NCBI GenBank assembly: GCA_017934475.1
Contig: JAGBJN010000007.1
Location: 11,776-75,775, forward strand
Reading direction: 5' to 3'
DNA: 64,000 bases
DNA from: Clostridia bacterium
GTDB taxonomy: Bacteria; Bacillota; Clostridia; TANB77; CAG-508
Made by a program: the position numbers and the translations under genes. Below the pieces are notes generated by a model that did no database searches, was not told the origin of the DNA, and saw only the letters and a program-made list of their open reading frames with translations. The first letter of the stretch is position 1; every line of letters starts with the position of its first letter. This document shows, piece by piece, positions 51,065-62,169 of the stretch.

Positions 51065-52099
51065 ATGAAAGAACAAATTGAACAAATTAAAGAAAATGCT
51101 ATTCAAGAATTACAAGAGGTAAAAGATGCAAAAGAGCTAAATGATGTTAAAGTTAAGTATTTAGGTAAAAAAGGTGAACTTACAGAAGTATTAAGAGGAA
51201 TGGGAGGATTATCTCCAGAAGAAAGACCAATAATTGGAAGTCTTGTTAATGTAGTTCGTGATGAAATTGAAAAAATTATAAGTGAAAAAGAAGAAGAATA
51301 CAAACAAGAAGAATTAAATAAAAAATTAAAAACAGAAAAAATTGATATAACTCTTCCAAGTGAAAAAGTAAAAAGAGGAAGTAAACATCCATTAAATAGA
51401 ATAATAGAAGAAGTAGAAGATTTATTCGTATCAATGGGATATGATGTAGTTGATGGACCAGAGCTTGAAACAGATGAATATTGTTTTGAAAGATTAAATC
51501 TTCCAAAAGATCATCCTGCAAGAGACATGCAAGATAGTTTCTATATTACACCAGAATATTTACTTAGAACTCAAACTTCAGCTGTTCAAGCGAGAGTTAT
51601 GATGAATAATGAGGAAAAAACTCCTATAAGGGTTATATGTCCTGGTAAAGTATACAGAAGAGATGAAGATGCAACACACTCTCATCAATTTGCACAAGTT
51701 GAAGGATTAGTTATAGACAAAGATATTAGTCTTGCTGATTTAAAAGGTACTTTAGAAGTATTTATGAAAAAAATGCTTGGAGAGAATACTAAATTAAGAT
51801 TTAGACCAAGTTATTTCCCATTTACAGAACCAAGTTATGAAGTAGATGTAACATGTTTCAAATGTGGAGGAAAAGGATGCAATTTATGTAAGCAAACAGG
51901 ATGGATTGAACTTTTAGGTTCTGGTATGGTTCATCCAAATGTGCTTGAAATGAATGGATATGATCCAAAAGTATATACTGGATTTGCATTTGGTACAGGC
52001 CTTGATAGACTTGCAATGTTCAAATATGGAATAACAGATATTAGACTTTTATATCAAAATGATGTAAGATTTTTAAATCAATTTGATCGTATGGACTAA
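51065..52099 (+). CDS. pheS: phenylalanine--tRNA ligase alpha subunit
   Basis: [36 protein letters not shown]. Confidence 0.97.
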   Translation: MKEQIEQIKENAIQELQEVKDAKELNDVKVKYLGKKGELTEVLRGMGGLSPEERPIIGSLVNVVRDEIEKIISEKEEEYKQEELNKKLKTEKIDITLPSEKVKRGSKHPLNRIIEEVEDLFVSMGYDVVDGPELETDEYCFERLNLPKDHPARDMQDSFYITPEYLLRTQTSAVQARVMMNNEEKTPIRVICPGKVYRRDEDATHSHQFAQVEGLVIDKDISLADLKGTLEVFMKKMLGENTKLRFRPSYFPFTEPSYEVDVTCFKCGGKGCNLCKQTGWIELLGSGMVHPNVLEMNGYDPKVYTGFAFGTGLDRLAMFKYGITDIRLLYQNDVRFLNQFDRMD

Positions 52100-52128
52100 A
52101 TTTTAATAAAAAGTAAAGGAGAAAAATT

Positions 52129-54495
52129 ATGAAATTAAGTACAAATTTTGTTAAAGACTATGTAGATATAGATGTAGATGTAAAAAAATTAGCAGAAGAT
52201 ATGACTTCAGTTGGAAATGAATATGATTCAGCACAAGCTTTAATTAATGCTACTAAATTAGTAGTAGGTGAAGTTGTAGAGTGTGAAATGCATCCAGATT
52301 CAGATCACTTACATGTATGTAAAGTTAATGTGGGAGATGAAGTATTACAAATAGTTTGTGGTGCACCAAATGTTAGAAAAGGATTAAAAGTTATAGTTGC
52401 ATTAGATGGAGCAGTTCTTCCTGGAGATTTCAAAATCAAAAAAGGAAGTATTCGTGGAGTTGAATCTAATGGAATGTTATGTTCAATTGCAGAACTTGGA
52501 CTGGAGAGCAAATTCCTAAAACCAGAAGATAAAGAAGGAATTCATGAATTACCTGAAAATGCTAAGCCAGGTGAAGATCCTATAAAATTAATTGAAATGG
52601 ATGATGATGTAATAGATTTCGAACTTACAGCAAATAGAGGAGATTTATTAAGTATACTTGGTATGGCATATGAAATTGGTGCAATTTATGATAAAAAAGT
52701 AAAAGACATAGATTTAAGCCATAGTGAAAATAGTGAAGATATAAATAATAGTTTTAAAGTAGTTAGAAATACTGATAATTGTTCAATATTTTTAGCAAAG
52801 AAAGTTGAGAATGTAGAAATAAAAGAAAGCCCAACTTTCATAAAAAATAGACTGATAGCATCAGGAATAAGACCAATAAACAATGTAGTAGATATTTCAA
52901 ACTATGTAATGCTTGAAACAGGTCAACCTTTACATTATTATGATGCTGATACTTTAAAAGGAATGCTTGAAGTAAGAATGGCAAAACAAGGAGAAAAATT
53001 AATAACACTTGATGAAATAGAAAGAACGTTATCTGAAGATGATATAGTAATTTCAGATGGAGAAAAGGCTATAGGTTTAGCAGGTGTTATGGGAGGATTA
53101 GAAACAGAAATTACTGAAAATACAAAGAATATCATAATAGAAGCGGCTATATTTAATCCTGGAAAAATCAGAAGAACAGCAAATGCAATTTTAAGAAGTG
53201 AAGCAAGTACAAGATTTGAAAAAGGTTTAGATTCAAATAGAACTTATATGGCAGTTGAAAGAAGCTGTAATTTGCTTGAAAAATATGCAGGTGCAACAAT
53301 TGTTGGTGGACTTGTTAAAGAAGATACTACATCAAAAGAAGATAAGGAAATAGAAATAAGATTTGAAAAAATAAATAAAGTTTTAGGAACAATAATTCCA
53401 AAAGAAGATGTTTGTGATGTATTTAGAAGACTTGATTTTAAATATGAAGCAAGTGAAGAAAAAGCGAAAGTTTTTGTTCCTAAAAGAAGAATTGATATTT
53501 CAATAGAAGAAGATTTAATAGAAGAAGTTGGAAGAATATATGGAGTAGATAACATAGAAGGAAAACTACCAGAACTTCCAATAAAAACAGGAAGCTATGA
53601 TAAAACAGCAAGAAATATAAGAAATAAGATGGTTGATTTAGGATTAAATGAAACTTTATCATACATATTAGTAAATGATAAAGAAGCTAAAAACTTTACA
53701 TCTGATGATGCAGAAATAATTTCGCTTTTAGCACCTATGACAGAAGATAGAAATGCATTAAGACAATCAATTCTGCAAGCGTTATATAGAATTTATGAAT
53801 ATAACAAAGCACATTATAACAAAGATGTAAATATATTCGAAATAGGTAAAACTTTCAAAAAAGTAAATGAAGAATATATAGAAGAAAGAAAAATAGCTTG
53901 TCTAATGACTGGAGAATATTATTTAGGAATAAATAATAAGAAAAATGTAGATTTCTATGTTATAAAAGGAATTGCAGAAGAATTATTAGATTATTTAGGA
54001 TATGGTAACAGATATAGCTTTGTAGTAAATGAAAGTATACCTACAACATTCCATCCAGGACAAAGTGCAGCAATAAGTGTTAATAATGATATAGTTGGTT
54101 ATATTGGAAGAACGCATCCAGCATTTTGTAAAGACGCAGTATATGCTATGGAAATTAATTTAGACAAATTATTAGATAAGAAAACAGGAAAAATGAAATA
54201 TAAAGAAATTTCAAAATATCCAAGTATAAAGAAGGACTTAGCAATAGTAGTAGACAAAGACGTTCAATCAAGTGAAATTGCAAATATAATCAAAAAAGCA
54301 GCAGGATCATTATTACTTGGAACTCAAATATTTGATGTATATCAAGGTGAAGGATTAGAAGAAAATAAAAAGAGTCTTGCATATTCATTAGAATTTGGAA
54401 CAAACGATAGAACTCTAACAGATGAAGAAATAAATACAGTACTAGAAAAAGTAATTTCATCAGTTGAAAAACAAGGTTGGAGTTTAAGAAAATAA
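52129..54495 (+). CDS. pheT: phenylalanine--tRNA ligase beta subunit
   Basis: HPDSDHL, IVCGAPNV, TANRGD, NNVVDISNYVMLE, RTLTDEEI. Confidence 0.97.
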   Translation: MKLSTNFVKDYVDIDVDVKKLAEDMTSVGNEYDSAQALINATKLVVGEVVECEMHPDSDHLHVCKVNVGDEVLQIVCGAPNVRKGLKVIVALDGAVLPGDFKIKKGSIRGVESNGMLCSIAELGLESKFLKPEDKEGIHELPENAKPGEDPIKLIEMDDDVIDFELTANRGDLLSILGMAYEIGAIYDKKVKDIDLSHSENSEDINNSFKVVRNTDNCSIFLAKKVENVEIKESPTFIKNRLIASGIRPINNVVDISNYVMLETGQPLHYYDADTLKGMLEVRMAKQGEKLITLDEIERTLSEDDIVISDGEKAIGLAGVMGGLETEITENTKNIIIEAAIFNPGKIRRTANAILRSEASTRFEKGLDSNRTYMAVERSCNLLEKYAGATIVGGLVKEDTTSKEDKEIEIRFEKINKVLGTIIPKEDVCDVFRRLDFKYEASEEKAKVFVPKRRIDISIEEDLIEEVGRIYGVDNIEGKLPELPIKTGSYDKTARNIRNKMVDLGLNETLSYILVNDKEAKNFTSDDAEIISLLAPMTEDRNALRQSILQALYRIYEYNKAHYNKDVNIFEIGKTFKKVNEEYIEERKIACLMTGEYYLGINNKKNVDFYVIKGIAEELLDYLGYGNRYSFVVNESIPTTFHPGQSAAISVNNDIVGYIGRTHPAFCKDAVYAMEINLDKLLDKKTGKMKYKEISKYPSIKKDLAIVVDKDVQSSEIANIIKKAAGSLLLGTQIFDVYQGEGLEENKKSLAYSLEFGTNDRTLTDEEINTVLEKVISSVEKQGWSLRK

Positions 54496-54545
54496 TAGCA
54501 CATAAGAATTAATCTCACATATTATATGTTATAGGAGGCATATAT

Positions 54546-54899
54546 ATGTGGGATTTTTTATTTAATACAATACTTTGGACTCTTGCTTTATATGGATTAT
54601 TTGAAATAATAAAATCGGTTATAAATATTTATACATATACAAATTTAAAATCAAATGGAATCTACTTAATAGTGGCTGTTAAAAATCAGGAAGATAAAAT
54701 TGAAGGATTTATAAGAAATTTTTTATTTAGAATAATATATGGAAATGAAGAAAATATAAAAAATATAATAATAACAGATTTAGATTCTTCAGATGAAACT
54801 CCAATGATAATTAATAACATTTCAAAAGAGAATGAAAAAATAAGAGTTACTAATTGGAAGGATTGTAAAGAAGTAATAGAAAGTATAAAAAATGTGTAA
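54546..54899 (+). CDS. hypothetical protein (N-terminal TM helix, GT-A-like fragment)
   Basis: LIVAVKNQEDKIEG..IIITDLDSSDET. Confidence 0.55.
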   Translation: MWDFLFNTILWTLALYGLFEIIKSVINIYTYTNLKSNGIYLIVAVKNQEDKIEGFIRNFLFRIIYGNEENIKNIIITDLDSSDETPMIINNISKENEKIRVTNWKDCKEVIESIKNV

Positions 54900-55017
54900 A
54901 AATAGTTATTTTCTTTTGATAATGAAATGTAACAGAAAAATAATATAAATGAAACACAATATGGGATTTTTAATGTTATACTAAATATGGAGTATTATAT
55001 AAAAAGGAGATTTATAA

Positions 55018-56103
55018 ATGGGAGTAGAAGATGAAAATAGAAAATTAGAGCAAGAATTAAAAAAAATTATGAATAATACATATAAATCATTTAATGAAGT
55101 TTTAAAAGAAGGATATGTTACTGAAGAACAAAAAAAGCAAATAGAGAAAAAAATAAATGATATATTAGATGAGTATAGAAAAGAATATCAAAAAATCACA
55201 GAAAAAATGAGTGGAACTAAAAAGGATGCAGACATTAAGATTATAGAAAGTAAAGTAGAAAAGCAAATTGCAGAGTTAGAAAAAAATTATGAAATAGATA
55301 AATCAGAAAGTGTACAAGATTTTTTAAAATCAATAAAAAATGCAAATTTAGATGAAAATAGCAATAGTTATGAAGAACCAAATGGAGAGTTTAAGAAAGA
55401 TGGAGCTGATCCTAGAACAAAACAAGAAGCGGAACTTACTGATTTTATGGATGAATCTTTGGAAAATTTTGATAAATTATTAGATATTCAAAGTACAGAT
55501 GATTTAGATAAAAATATAATTGGAAAAAGCGTAGCAAAAGCAATAGCAATCTATGAAAATAAATTTAAAGATATGTCAGAAAAAATAGATGGAAGATATA
55601 GAAATCCAAATATATTAGAAAAAGAAAATCAAATGAAAGAAAAAATAGAAGATTTAAAATCTAGATATAACATAGAATCAAAAGAGGAGGAAAAAGCAAA
55701 GGATGAAACTAAAAATAGCGATAAGGAAGATATTGAAAATATTGCTAATAAATCCCAAAAGGCTGAAGGAAAATTCCAAATAAATGAATATGGGGAAATA
55801 ATAAGAGAAGAGAAAGAAAGCATTAGAGATGAAGTTGGGAAACAAAAACAAGAAAAAGATATAGAAAAGGAAAATGAAAGATCTCAAGATGAAATAGTAT
55901 GGAATGAAAGATTTAAAGATGCGGATAGTAGAGTTCAAGAAATGTCAGATGGAGCTAAAAGGAAAGATGAAACATTAAAAAGTATAAAAGAGGTAAAAGA
56001 TAAAGAGAGTCAAAAACAACAATACAATGAAAAAGAACAAAAAAGAATTGAACAAGAGGAAGAAGAAGAGGAATTTATGAGAAGACATGGAAGAAGATTT
56101 TAG
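55018..56103 (+). CDS. hypothetical charged coiled-coil protein
   Basis: 361-aa Glu/Lys-rich ORF with AAGGAG RBS. Confidence 0.55.
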   Translation: MGVEDENRKLEQELKKIMNNTYKSFNEVLKEGYVTEEQKKQIEKKINDILDEYRKEYQKITEKMSGTKKDADIKIIESKVEKQIAELEKNYEIDKSESVQDFLKSIKNANLDENSNSYEEPNGEFKKDGADPRTKQEAELTDFMDESLENFDKLLDIQSTDDLDKNIIGKSVAKAIAIYENKFKDMSEKIDGRYRNPNILEKENQMKEKIEDLKSRYNIESKEEEKAKDETKNSDKEDIENIANKSQKAEGKFQINEYGEIIREEKESIRDEVGKQKQEKDIEKENERSQDEIVWNERFKDADSRVQEMSDGAKRKDETLKSIKEVKDKESQKQQYNEKEQKRIEQEEEEEEFMRRHGRRF

Positions 56104-56111
56104 GAGGAAAG

Positions 56112-56561
56112 ATGGAAGAAAAATATAAAGAAGCATTTGCTGAAATGAGTGAAATATTTAAATTAATGCCTCAAAGTATGGTTAATAAAATACCAAAGGG
56201 ATTTAGAGATATAATTGAAAAGGAAAAATCAACGACATTTGAAACAAATATAAAAGAACCATTTGAGAAATGCAAATTAAAGGAAGAAACTGTAATTCTT
56301 ATGGCTTTAATATATAGAGATTTCTTATGTCCTGAAGAAGAAAGAAAAGAATTACAAAAAAGAGATGCAGAAGAATTAAAAAAAGCAGAGGAAGAATTAA
56401 GAGAAAAATACAGTACAGACAAGTTGTTTAAAAGAAATAATGAAGTAAATGCAAGCAATAAAATAGTAGAAACTCAAGAAAAAGCATTAGTTGAAGTAAA
56501 AGAAGAAAAATGGTATCATAAAATATTTAATCTAATAAAAGGAATATTTGGAAAAAAATAG
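56112..56561 (+). CDS. hypothetical protein
   Basis: 149-aa ORF with AGGAGG RBS; amphipathic C-terminus. Confidence 0.55.
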   Translation: MEEKYKEAFAEMSEIFKLMPQSMVNKIPKGFRDIIEKEKSTTFETNIKEPFEKCKLKEETVILMALIYRDFLCPEEERKELQKRDAEELKKAEEELREKYSTDKLFKRNNEVNASNKIVETQEKALVEVKEEKWYHKIFNLIKGIFGKK

Positions 56562-56565
56562 AATG

Positions 56566-56603
56566 AAAGAAAGATTGCATAAATCTTTCTTTTTTGATAG
56601 AAT
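56566..56603 (+). promoter_or_regulatory. overlapping terminator and recD2 promoter
   Basis: AAAGAAAGATT/AATCTTTCTTT; TTGCAT 56575, 17-nt spacer, TAGAAT 56598. Confidence 0.55.
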
Positions 56604-56634
56604 AATGAAAAGTTTTTTAGAAAGAGGACAGATT

Positions 56635-58839
56635 TTGGAAATAACAGGAGAAGTTACAGATATTATTTATCAAAATGAATTAAATAGCTATACTGTTGCT
56701 GAATTTGAGACAGAGGAAGGAGAAATTACAATAGTAGGATATCTTCCTTTTATTAGTGTTGGAGATACTTTAAAACTTATAGGAAAAGTTGTAACACACC
56801 AAGATTATGGAGAACAGTTTAAAGTAGAAACTTATGAGAAACTAATGCCTCAAAGTTTGTCTGCTCTTGAAAGATTTTTAGCAAATGGAACAATAAAAGG
56901 AATTGGACCAGCAACTGCAAAGAAGATCATAAATACATTTAAAGATGAGACAATACATGTTCTAAAATTCGAACCAGAAAAACTTGCACAAATAAAAGGA
57001 ATAAATTATGATAAAGCTTTAAGTATATCAGAAACATTTAATGAAAACATGGAACTATGGCAAATAGTTGGGTATTTAGAAAAGTTTGGAATAGGTGTAC
57101 AAAATGCAAAAAATGTGCATTCAAAATTAGGTGTAAATGCAATAGAAGAAATTGAAAAAAATCCTTATATTCTTATAGATATAGCAAATAATGTAGATTT
57201 TAAAAAATTAGATAAAATGGCTCTTGAAAATGGTGTTGCAATTAATTATAGGGAAAGAATAAAAAGTGGAATAAAATATGCCATGATAAGTGCTTCAGTA
57301 AATGGTAATTGTAGAGTGCAAAAAGAAAATTTAATGATTTATTGTAAAGAATTACTTGGAGTGACAGAAGATGAGATAGATGAAAACATTATAGAACTTA
57401 AAGTGCTAAATCAAATAATAGAAGAAGATGGATGGGTATATCTAACTGCATTTTATACTGCTGAAAAAAACATAGCTGAAAGATTAGTGTTTCTGAAAAA
57501 TTCTCCAAATTTTAATAAAGTAAGTAATATAAAAAAAGAGTTAAAAAGAATTGAAAAAAATTCAGAAATAGAATTATCTAAAATGCAAAAAGAAGCAATT
57601 GAAGAGATTAATGAAAATAATGTGTGCGTAATAACAGGTGGACCAGGTACTGGAAAAACTACAATTATAAAAGCAATAATAGATATTTATGAATCTCATA
57701 ATAAAAAAGTAGTACTATGTGCTCCAACAGGTAGAGCAGCAAAAAGAATGACTGAAACAACAGGAAAAGAAGCAAAAACGTTACATAGAATGCTTGAAAT
57801 AGGGAAAATAGAGGATGAAAATAAAATAGATACAATAGATAAAAATGTAGAACCAATAAGTGCTGATATTGTAATAGTAGATGAAATGTCAATGGTTGAT
57901 ATTTTTCTTATGAACTATTTAGTTAAAGCACTATTCCAAGGAACAAAGCTAGTACTTGTAGGTGATGTTGATCAATTGCCATCTGTTGGGCCTGGAAGCA
58001 TTTTAAAAGATATAATTAATTCTGAAAAGATTAATACAATTACATTAACAGAAATATTTAGACAAGCTGCTAAAAGTAAAATAATACTTAATTCTCATAG
58101 AGTTAATCAAGGTGAAAAGTTTTTAAAGAAAGAAGAAATAGAAGATGAAGAAATAGAAGATGATTTCTTTTACATAAATGAAACAAATCAAGAAAAAATA
58201 CTAAATCAAGTTGTTTCTTTATGTAATGGAAGACTTCAAAGTTATGGAGATTATGATTTCTTTAAAAATATACAAGTTCTTACTCCAACTAAGAAAGGTA
58301 TGCTTGGAACTAAAGAGTTAAATAAAACCTTGCAGAAATATTTGAATCCAGAAAAAAAATATTTAAAAGAAAAACAATTCGGTGAAATAGTATTTAGAGA
58401 AAATGATAGAGTAATGCAAGTAAAAAATAACTATGATATTATTTGGGAAAAAGATAATGGAGAACATGAGATAGGTGCTGGTGTATTTAATGGTGAACTT
58501 GGTACAATAGAAAGAATAGATGATGAAGAAAGACAAATTCAAATAAGATTTGATGATGATAAAGTTGCGTTATATCAATATTCAGATTTAGATCAAATAG
58601 AACACTCGTATAGTATTACTATTCATAAGGCTCAAGGAAGCGAATTTGATGTTGTAATAATGGTAGTTCCTCAGTCAGCGCCTGTATTGCTTACTCGAAA
58701 TTTACTATATACTGGAATGACAAGAGCTAAAAAAATGTTAATAGTTATAGGAAATAATAGTGTTATTGATTTCATGATAAATAATATTGATATAAAGAAG
58801 AGAAATACAGGCTTAGAAGAAAAAATAAAAAATATTTAA
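56635..58839 (+). CDS. recD2: RecD2-like ATP-dependent helicase
   Basis: IKGIGP.TA, TGGPGTGKTT, APTGRAAKR, DEMSM, GDVDQLPSVG, TIHKAQGSE; probable TTG start. Confidence 0.93.
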   Translation: MEITGEVTDIIYQNELNSYTVAEFETEEGEITIVGYLPFISVGDTLKLIGKVVTHQDYGEQFKVETYEKLMPQSLSALERFLANGTIKGIGPATAKKIINTFKDETIHVLKFEPEKLAQIKGINYDKALSISETFNENMELWQIVGYLEKFGIGVQNAKNVHSKLGVNAIEEIEKNPYILIDIANNVDFKKLDKMALENGVAINYRERIKSGIKYAMISASVNGNCRVQKENLMIYCKELLGVTEDEIDENIIELKVLNQIIEEDGWVYLTAFYTAEKNIAERLVFLKNSPNFNKVSNIKKELKRIEKNSEIELSKMQKEAIEEINENNVCVITGGPGTGKTTIIKAIIDIYESHNKKVVLCAPTGRAAKRMTETTGKEAKTLHRMLEIGKIEDENKIDTIDKNVEPISADIVIVDEMSMVDIFLMNYLVKALFQGTKLVLVGDVDQLPSVGPGSILKDIINSEKINTITLTEIFRQAAKSKIILNSHRVNQGEKFLKKEEIEDEEIEDDFFYINETNQEKILNQVVSLCNGRLQSYGDYDFFKNIQVLTPTKKGMLGTKELNKTLQKYLNPEKKYLKEKQFGEIVFRENDRVMQVKNNYDIIWEKDNGEHEIGAGVFNGELGTIERIDDEERQIQIRFDDDKVALYQYSDLDQIEHSYSITIHKAQGSEFDVVIMVVPQSAPVLLTRNLLYTGMTRAKKMLIVIGNNSVIDFMINNIDIKKRNTGLEEKIKNI

Positions 58840-58961
58840 TTATTTTATAATTTAATATTGACTTATTGGTTAAATTATACTATATTATTTATAGTATAAT
58901 TTTGATAGTATTTTTATATTTAATATAACTACTATATTTTTTTAGAAAGGAGGTAAAACTA

Positions 58962-59435
58962 ATGGAAGAAATAACACTTAAAGATATATTAGATATATTG
59001 GTAGATATAAAAGTAGAAATAAATGGAATAAAAGATGAACAAACAGGAATGAAGCAAGAACAAAAAGGTTTGAGACAAGAAATGCAAGAAATGAAAAAAG
59101 AGCAACAAGAAATGAAAAAAGAGCAACAAGAAATGAAAAAAGAGCAACAAGAAATGAAAAAAGAGCAGCAAGAAATGAAAAAAGAGCAGCAAGAAATAAA
59201 ACAGGAAATGCAAGAAATGAAGCAAAAAATGCAAGAAATGGACGAAAAAATAGATAGAAATTTTGAAGAGACAAAAAATATGATATTAAAACTACAACAA
59301 GATGTAACAGAAGAAAATATATGGATTGTAAAAAAGTTGGGTGAACATGATAGAAGATTAACTGTTATAGAGCAAAAATTAGAGATAAAGAAAACAAAAG
59401 GAAAAATAGTGGAATTCAAAGGAAAAAATGAATAA
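58962..59435 (+). CDS. heptad-repeat coiled-coil protein
   Basis: (QEMKKEQ)x5; AAGGAGGT RBS. Confidence 0.7.
   Translation: MEEITLKDILDILVDIKVEINGIKDEQTGMKQEQKGLRQEMQEMKKEQQEMKKEQQEMKKEQQEMKKEQQEMKKEQQEIKQEMQEMKQKMQEMDEKIDRNFEETKNMILKLQQDVTEENIWIVKKLGEHDRRLTVIEQKLEIKKTKGKIVEFKGKNE
59085..59231 (+). repeat. 21-bp tandem repeat: 5 near-perfect plus 2 degenerate units
   Basis: CAAGAAATGAAAAAAGAGCA(A/G) starting at 59085, 59106, 59127, 59148, 59169. Confidence 0.9.
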
Positions 59436-59476
59436 ATATAGAATAATACAATAAGGGCTTAAGAAAGGAAGTAATA

Positions 59477-60142
59477 ATGTTACTTAGAAAAGCTCTTATT
59501 TTTTTTATGGATTTTATATATCCTCCATGTTGTTTGATTTGTGGAAAGATTAACAAAAATAATTTATGTGAGGAATGTGAAAGACTAATATATTCTAAGG
59601 CAAAGTTTAAAAAAAGTATTAAATTAAAAAGAAAAATTTATTTTAAAAAGCAAATATATATTTTTAAATATGAAGATGTGGTAAGAAAGCTAATAATAGA
59701 TTATAAATTTAGAGATAAATCACATTTATATAAGCTTTTTTCAGAAATTATAATAAAAAATAAAAAAATATGTAGAAATTTAAAAAGTTATGATATAATA
59801 ATCCCAGTTCCAATACATCATAAAAGAAAAAAAGAAAGAGGATTTAATCAAAGTGAACTAATTGCTAAGTATTTAGCGACAAAACTAGATAGTATAAAAT
59901 TAGAAAATAAAGTAATAATTAAAAAAATAAATAATAAAAAACAAAGCAAATTAAAAAAATCAGAAAGAATTGAAAATGTAAAAAATGTATATGAAATAAT
60001 AAATAAAGAAAAAATAGTTAATAAAAGAATAATTCTTTTTGATGATATATATACAACAGGAAATACAGTAAATGAAATTTCTAAATTATTGAAAGAAAAT
60101 GGGGCAAAAGAGATAATAGTGCTAACAATAGCAAAGGATTAA
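59477..60142 (+). CDS. comFC: ComF family phosphoribosyltransferase-like competence protein
   Basis: YPPCCLIC..CEEC, IPVPIH..RGFNQS, LFDDIYTTG.T. Confidence 0.88.
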   Translation: MLLRKALIFFMDFIYPPCCLICGKINKNNLCEECERLIYSKAKFKKSIKLKRKIYFKKQIYIFKYEDVVRKLIIDYKFRDKSHLYKLFSEIIIKNKKICRNLKSYDIIIPVPIHHKRKKERGFNQSELIAKYLATKLDSIKLENKVIIKKINNKKQSKLKKSERIENVKNVYEIINKEKIVNKRIILFDDIYTTGNTVNEISKLLKENGAKEIIVLTIAKD

Positions 60143-60163
60143 TAAAATAGAAGAGGTGAAAGT

Positions 60164-62146
60164 ATGGAAGACTTAGTAGAAAGCATATTAGATTACATTA
60201 GAGCAGACTACACAGACTATGCAATTATGATTAATGGCGAATGGGGAAGTGGAAAGACATATTTCTGGAATCATAAAATTCGTAATAAAATAGAAAATAT
60301 GGAACTTAACGGAAAAAGATATAAAACTATATATATGTCTCTATATGGAATATCTAACCTTGAAGAAATAAGTAAAAAGATATTTATCGAAACCACTCAA
60401 CTAATGGATAAAAATCTAAAAAAATATATGAATTCAAATGGACAGGTAACAATTCCTGAATATGCCAAAACAGGTCTTGATATGGCAAATCTATTTGGCG
60501 TTACACAAAATGGAGATAAACTAGATTATGCAGATTTCTTTGCAACGGATGATAAAGTTCTTTGTTTTGATGATTTGGAAAGAGCAAATGTAGATGTTAT
60601 AGATATACTTGGATATATTAATAACTTTGTTGAACATGATCATATAAAAACGATTATTATTTGTAATGAGAAAGAATTATCTAATAAATTAAAAAGCAGT
60701 AATCTTGAAATGAAAACGTTTATTGCCACTTACCTACTAGATAAAGAAGGAAGCTTAGTTAAAAAAACTGATAAACCAATGGTAGAAAGAATTCAAGATA
60801 CTATTGAATATGTTTTTGATAAAGCAAATGATTATGAAAGAATAAAAGAAAAACTAATAGGTGAAACATTTGAATATGCTCCAGAATTCAATTATATTAT
60901 AAATGGAATTTTGATGAGATATGAAAAATATCCTGAACTAATAAGATTTTTAAGAGAAAACACAAATCTGATTATTTCAACATTTAACAAAAGTGGAACA
61001 AGAAACCTAAGAATATTAAAACATGCATTAAATGACTTTAAGAAAATATTTGATATGGTAAATAAGTCATACCCTAATACGAACAATAGAGTAATGCAAA
61101 CTATGTTAATATTCACAATAGCTGTTTCTTTTGAAATTAAAGCAGGAAAAGTCACTAAAGATAAATTTATAAATATTAATAGTAATGAAGAATACAAAGC
61201 AATACTTGTTTCATCAAGAGTATTTATGGATAATAGACAATTCTATATAAAAGAATTTGACAACAATTATTATTATAATTTTAAAGCAGACTATCGTTTC
61301 TTTAAATTTATAGAAATATATATACGTACACGTATATTTGATATGAAGGTATTTAAAGATAATATGGATGTTATCATAAATACAGTAGATACAGATAAAT
61401 TACCAGCATATAAAAGACTTCTTACAGAAGAATATTGGAAAATTGCAGATGACCAATTTGATAGTGTAATTGAATTTGTATTAGATGATGTAAAAAATGG
61501 TAGAATAAAACCAATTGAAATAGTTAAAATATTTGCATATTTTAGTTACTTTATAAAAAGACGATTAATTAGTTATGATATAAAAGCAATGAAAAGTGTA
61601 TTTATAAATGGAATAAACATAGCATCATTAAATGCAGAATATTGTGCAAATGTAGAAGAAGAACTAGATACAATTTCAGTTAGAGAAGTTGGACCAGATA
61701 TGGATGAAATTGTAAAATATTTTAACGAAACAAATGAAACATTGAAAGACAAAATGTATACAGAAAAAGCTGACGAATTATTCAAATGTATTCCTATGAA
61801 AATGGAATTATTCTTTGATAAATTTGCAAAAGAATGCATGGATGTTCCAATTTTTAAATATTATGATGAATTCCAATTATTCCAAAGAATATCTTGTGCA
61901 AGCAATGAAGATATAGTGGCTATAAAAGAAGTAATGGTTGATAGGGCAAAGAAATATACAAAGCAAATAGAACCAGAGGTAAAAAATATTAAAAAATTAA
62001 AACAAGTTATTGATGATTATATTGAAGGTAAAGAACCTACAATAAAAAATATAATGCTTGAAGAATTCTCTAAGGAACTTGAAAAGATAATAGATTTATA
62101 TAAGCCTAATTTCTTAACCAAGAGAGATGATTATTTGACAAATTAA
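60164..62146 (+). CDS. KAP-family P-loop NTPase
   Basis: AIMINGEWGSGKT, VLCFDDLER, EKLIG, NLR. Confidence 0.8.
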   Translation: MEDLVESILDYIRADYTDYAIMINGEWGSGKTYFWNHKIRNKIENMELNGKRYKTIYMSLYGISNLEEISKKIFIETTQLMDKNLKKYMNSNGQVTIPEYAKTGLDMANLFGVTQNGDKLDYADFFATDDKVLCFDDLERANVDVIDILGYINNFVEHDHIKTIIICNEKELSNKLKSSNLEMKTFIATYLLDKEGSLVKKTDKPMVERIQDTIEYVFDKANDYERIKEKLIGETFEYAPEFNYIINGILMRYEKYPELIRFLRENTNLIISTFNKSGTRNLRILKHALNDFKKIFDMVNKSYPNTNNRVMQTMLIFTIAVSFEIKAGKVTKDKFININSNEEYKAILVSSRVFMDNRQFYIKEFDNNYYYNFKADYRFFKFIEIYIRTRIFDMKVFKDNMDVIINTVDTDKLPAYKRLLTEEYWKIADDQFDSVIEFVLDDVKNGRIKPIEIVKIFAYFSYFIKRRLISYDIKAMKSVFINGINIASLNAEYCANVEEELDTISVREVGPDMDEIVKYFNETNETLKDKMYTEKADELFKCIPMKMELFFDKFAKECMDVPIFKYYDEFQLFQRISCASNEDIVAIKEVMVDRAKKYTKQIEPEVKNIKKLKQVIDDYIEGKEPTIKNIMLEEFSKELEKIIDLYKPNFLTKRDDYLTN

Positions 62147-62163
62147 AAAGATTAAGCTATAAT
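62135..62163 (+). promoter_or_regulatory. consensus sigmaA promoter
   Basis: TTGACA 62135-40, 17-nt spacer, TATAAT 62158-63. Confidence 0.8.
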
Positions 62164-62169
62164 AGTAAC

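Noticed and set aside
54497-54526. Possible sigmaE/sigmaK promoter (GCACATAA..CATATTAT), and a sigmaF/G-like promoter at 63559-63588 before spoVT
   Set aside because: Plausible, but short degenerate consensus sequences in very AT-rich DNA; not distinguishable from chance by eye.
58889-59419. Antisense ORFs with repeats (FFISCCS, FSFLVAL, FFHFLLL)
   Set aside because: Shadows of the 21-bp repeat in the plus-strand gene. The other short antisense and nested ORFs in the track were likewise treated as shadows.
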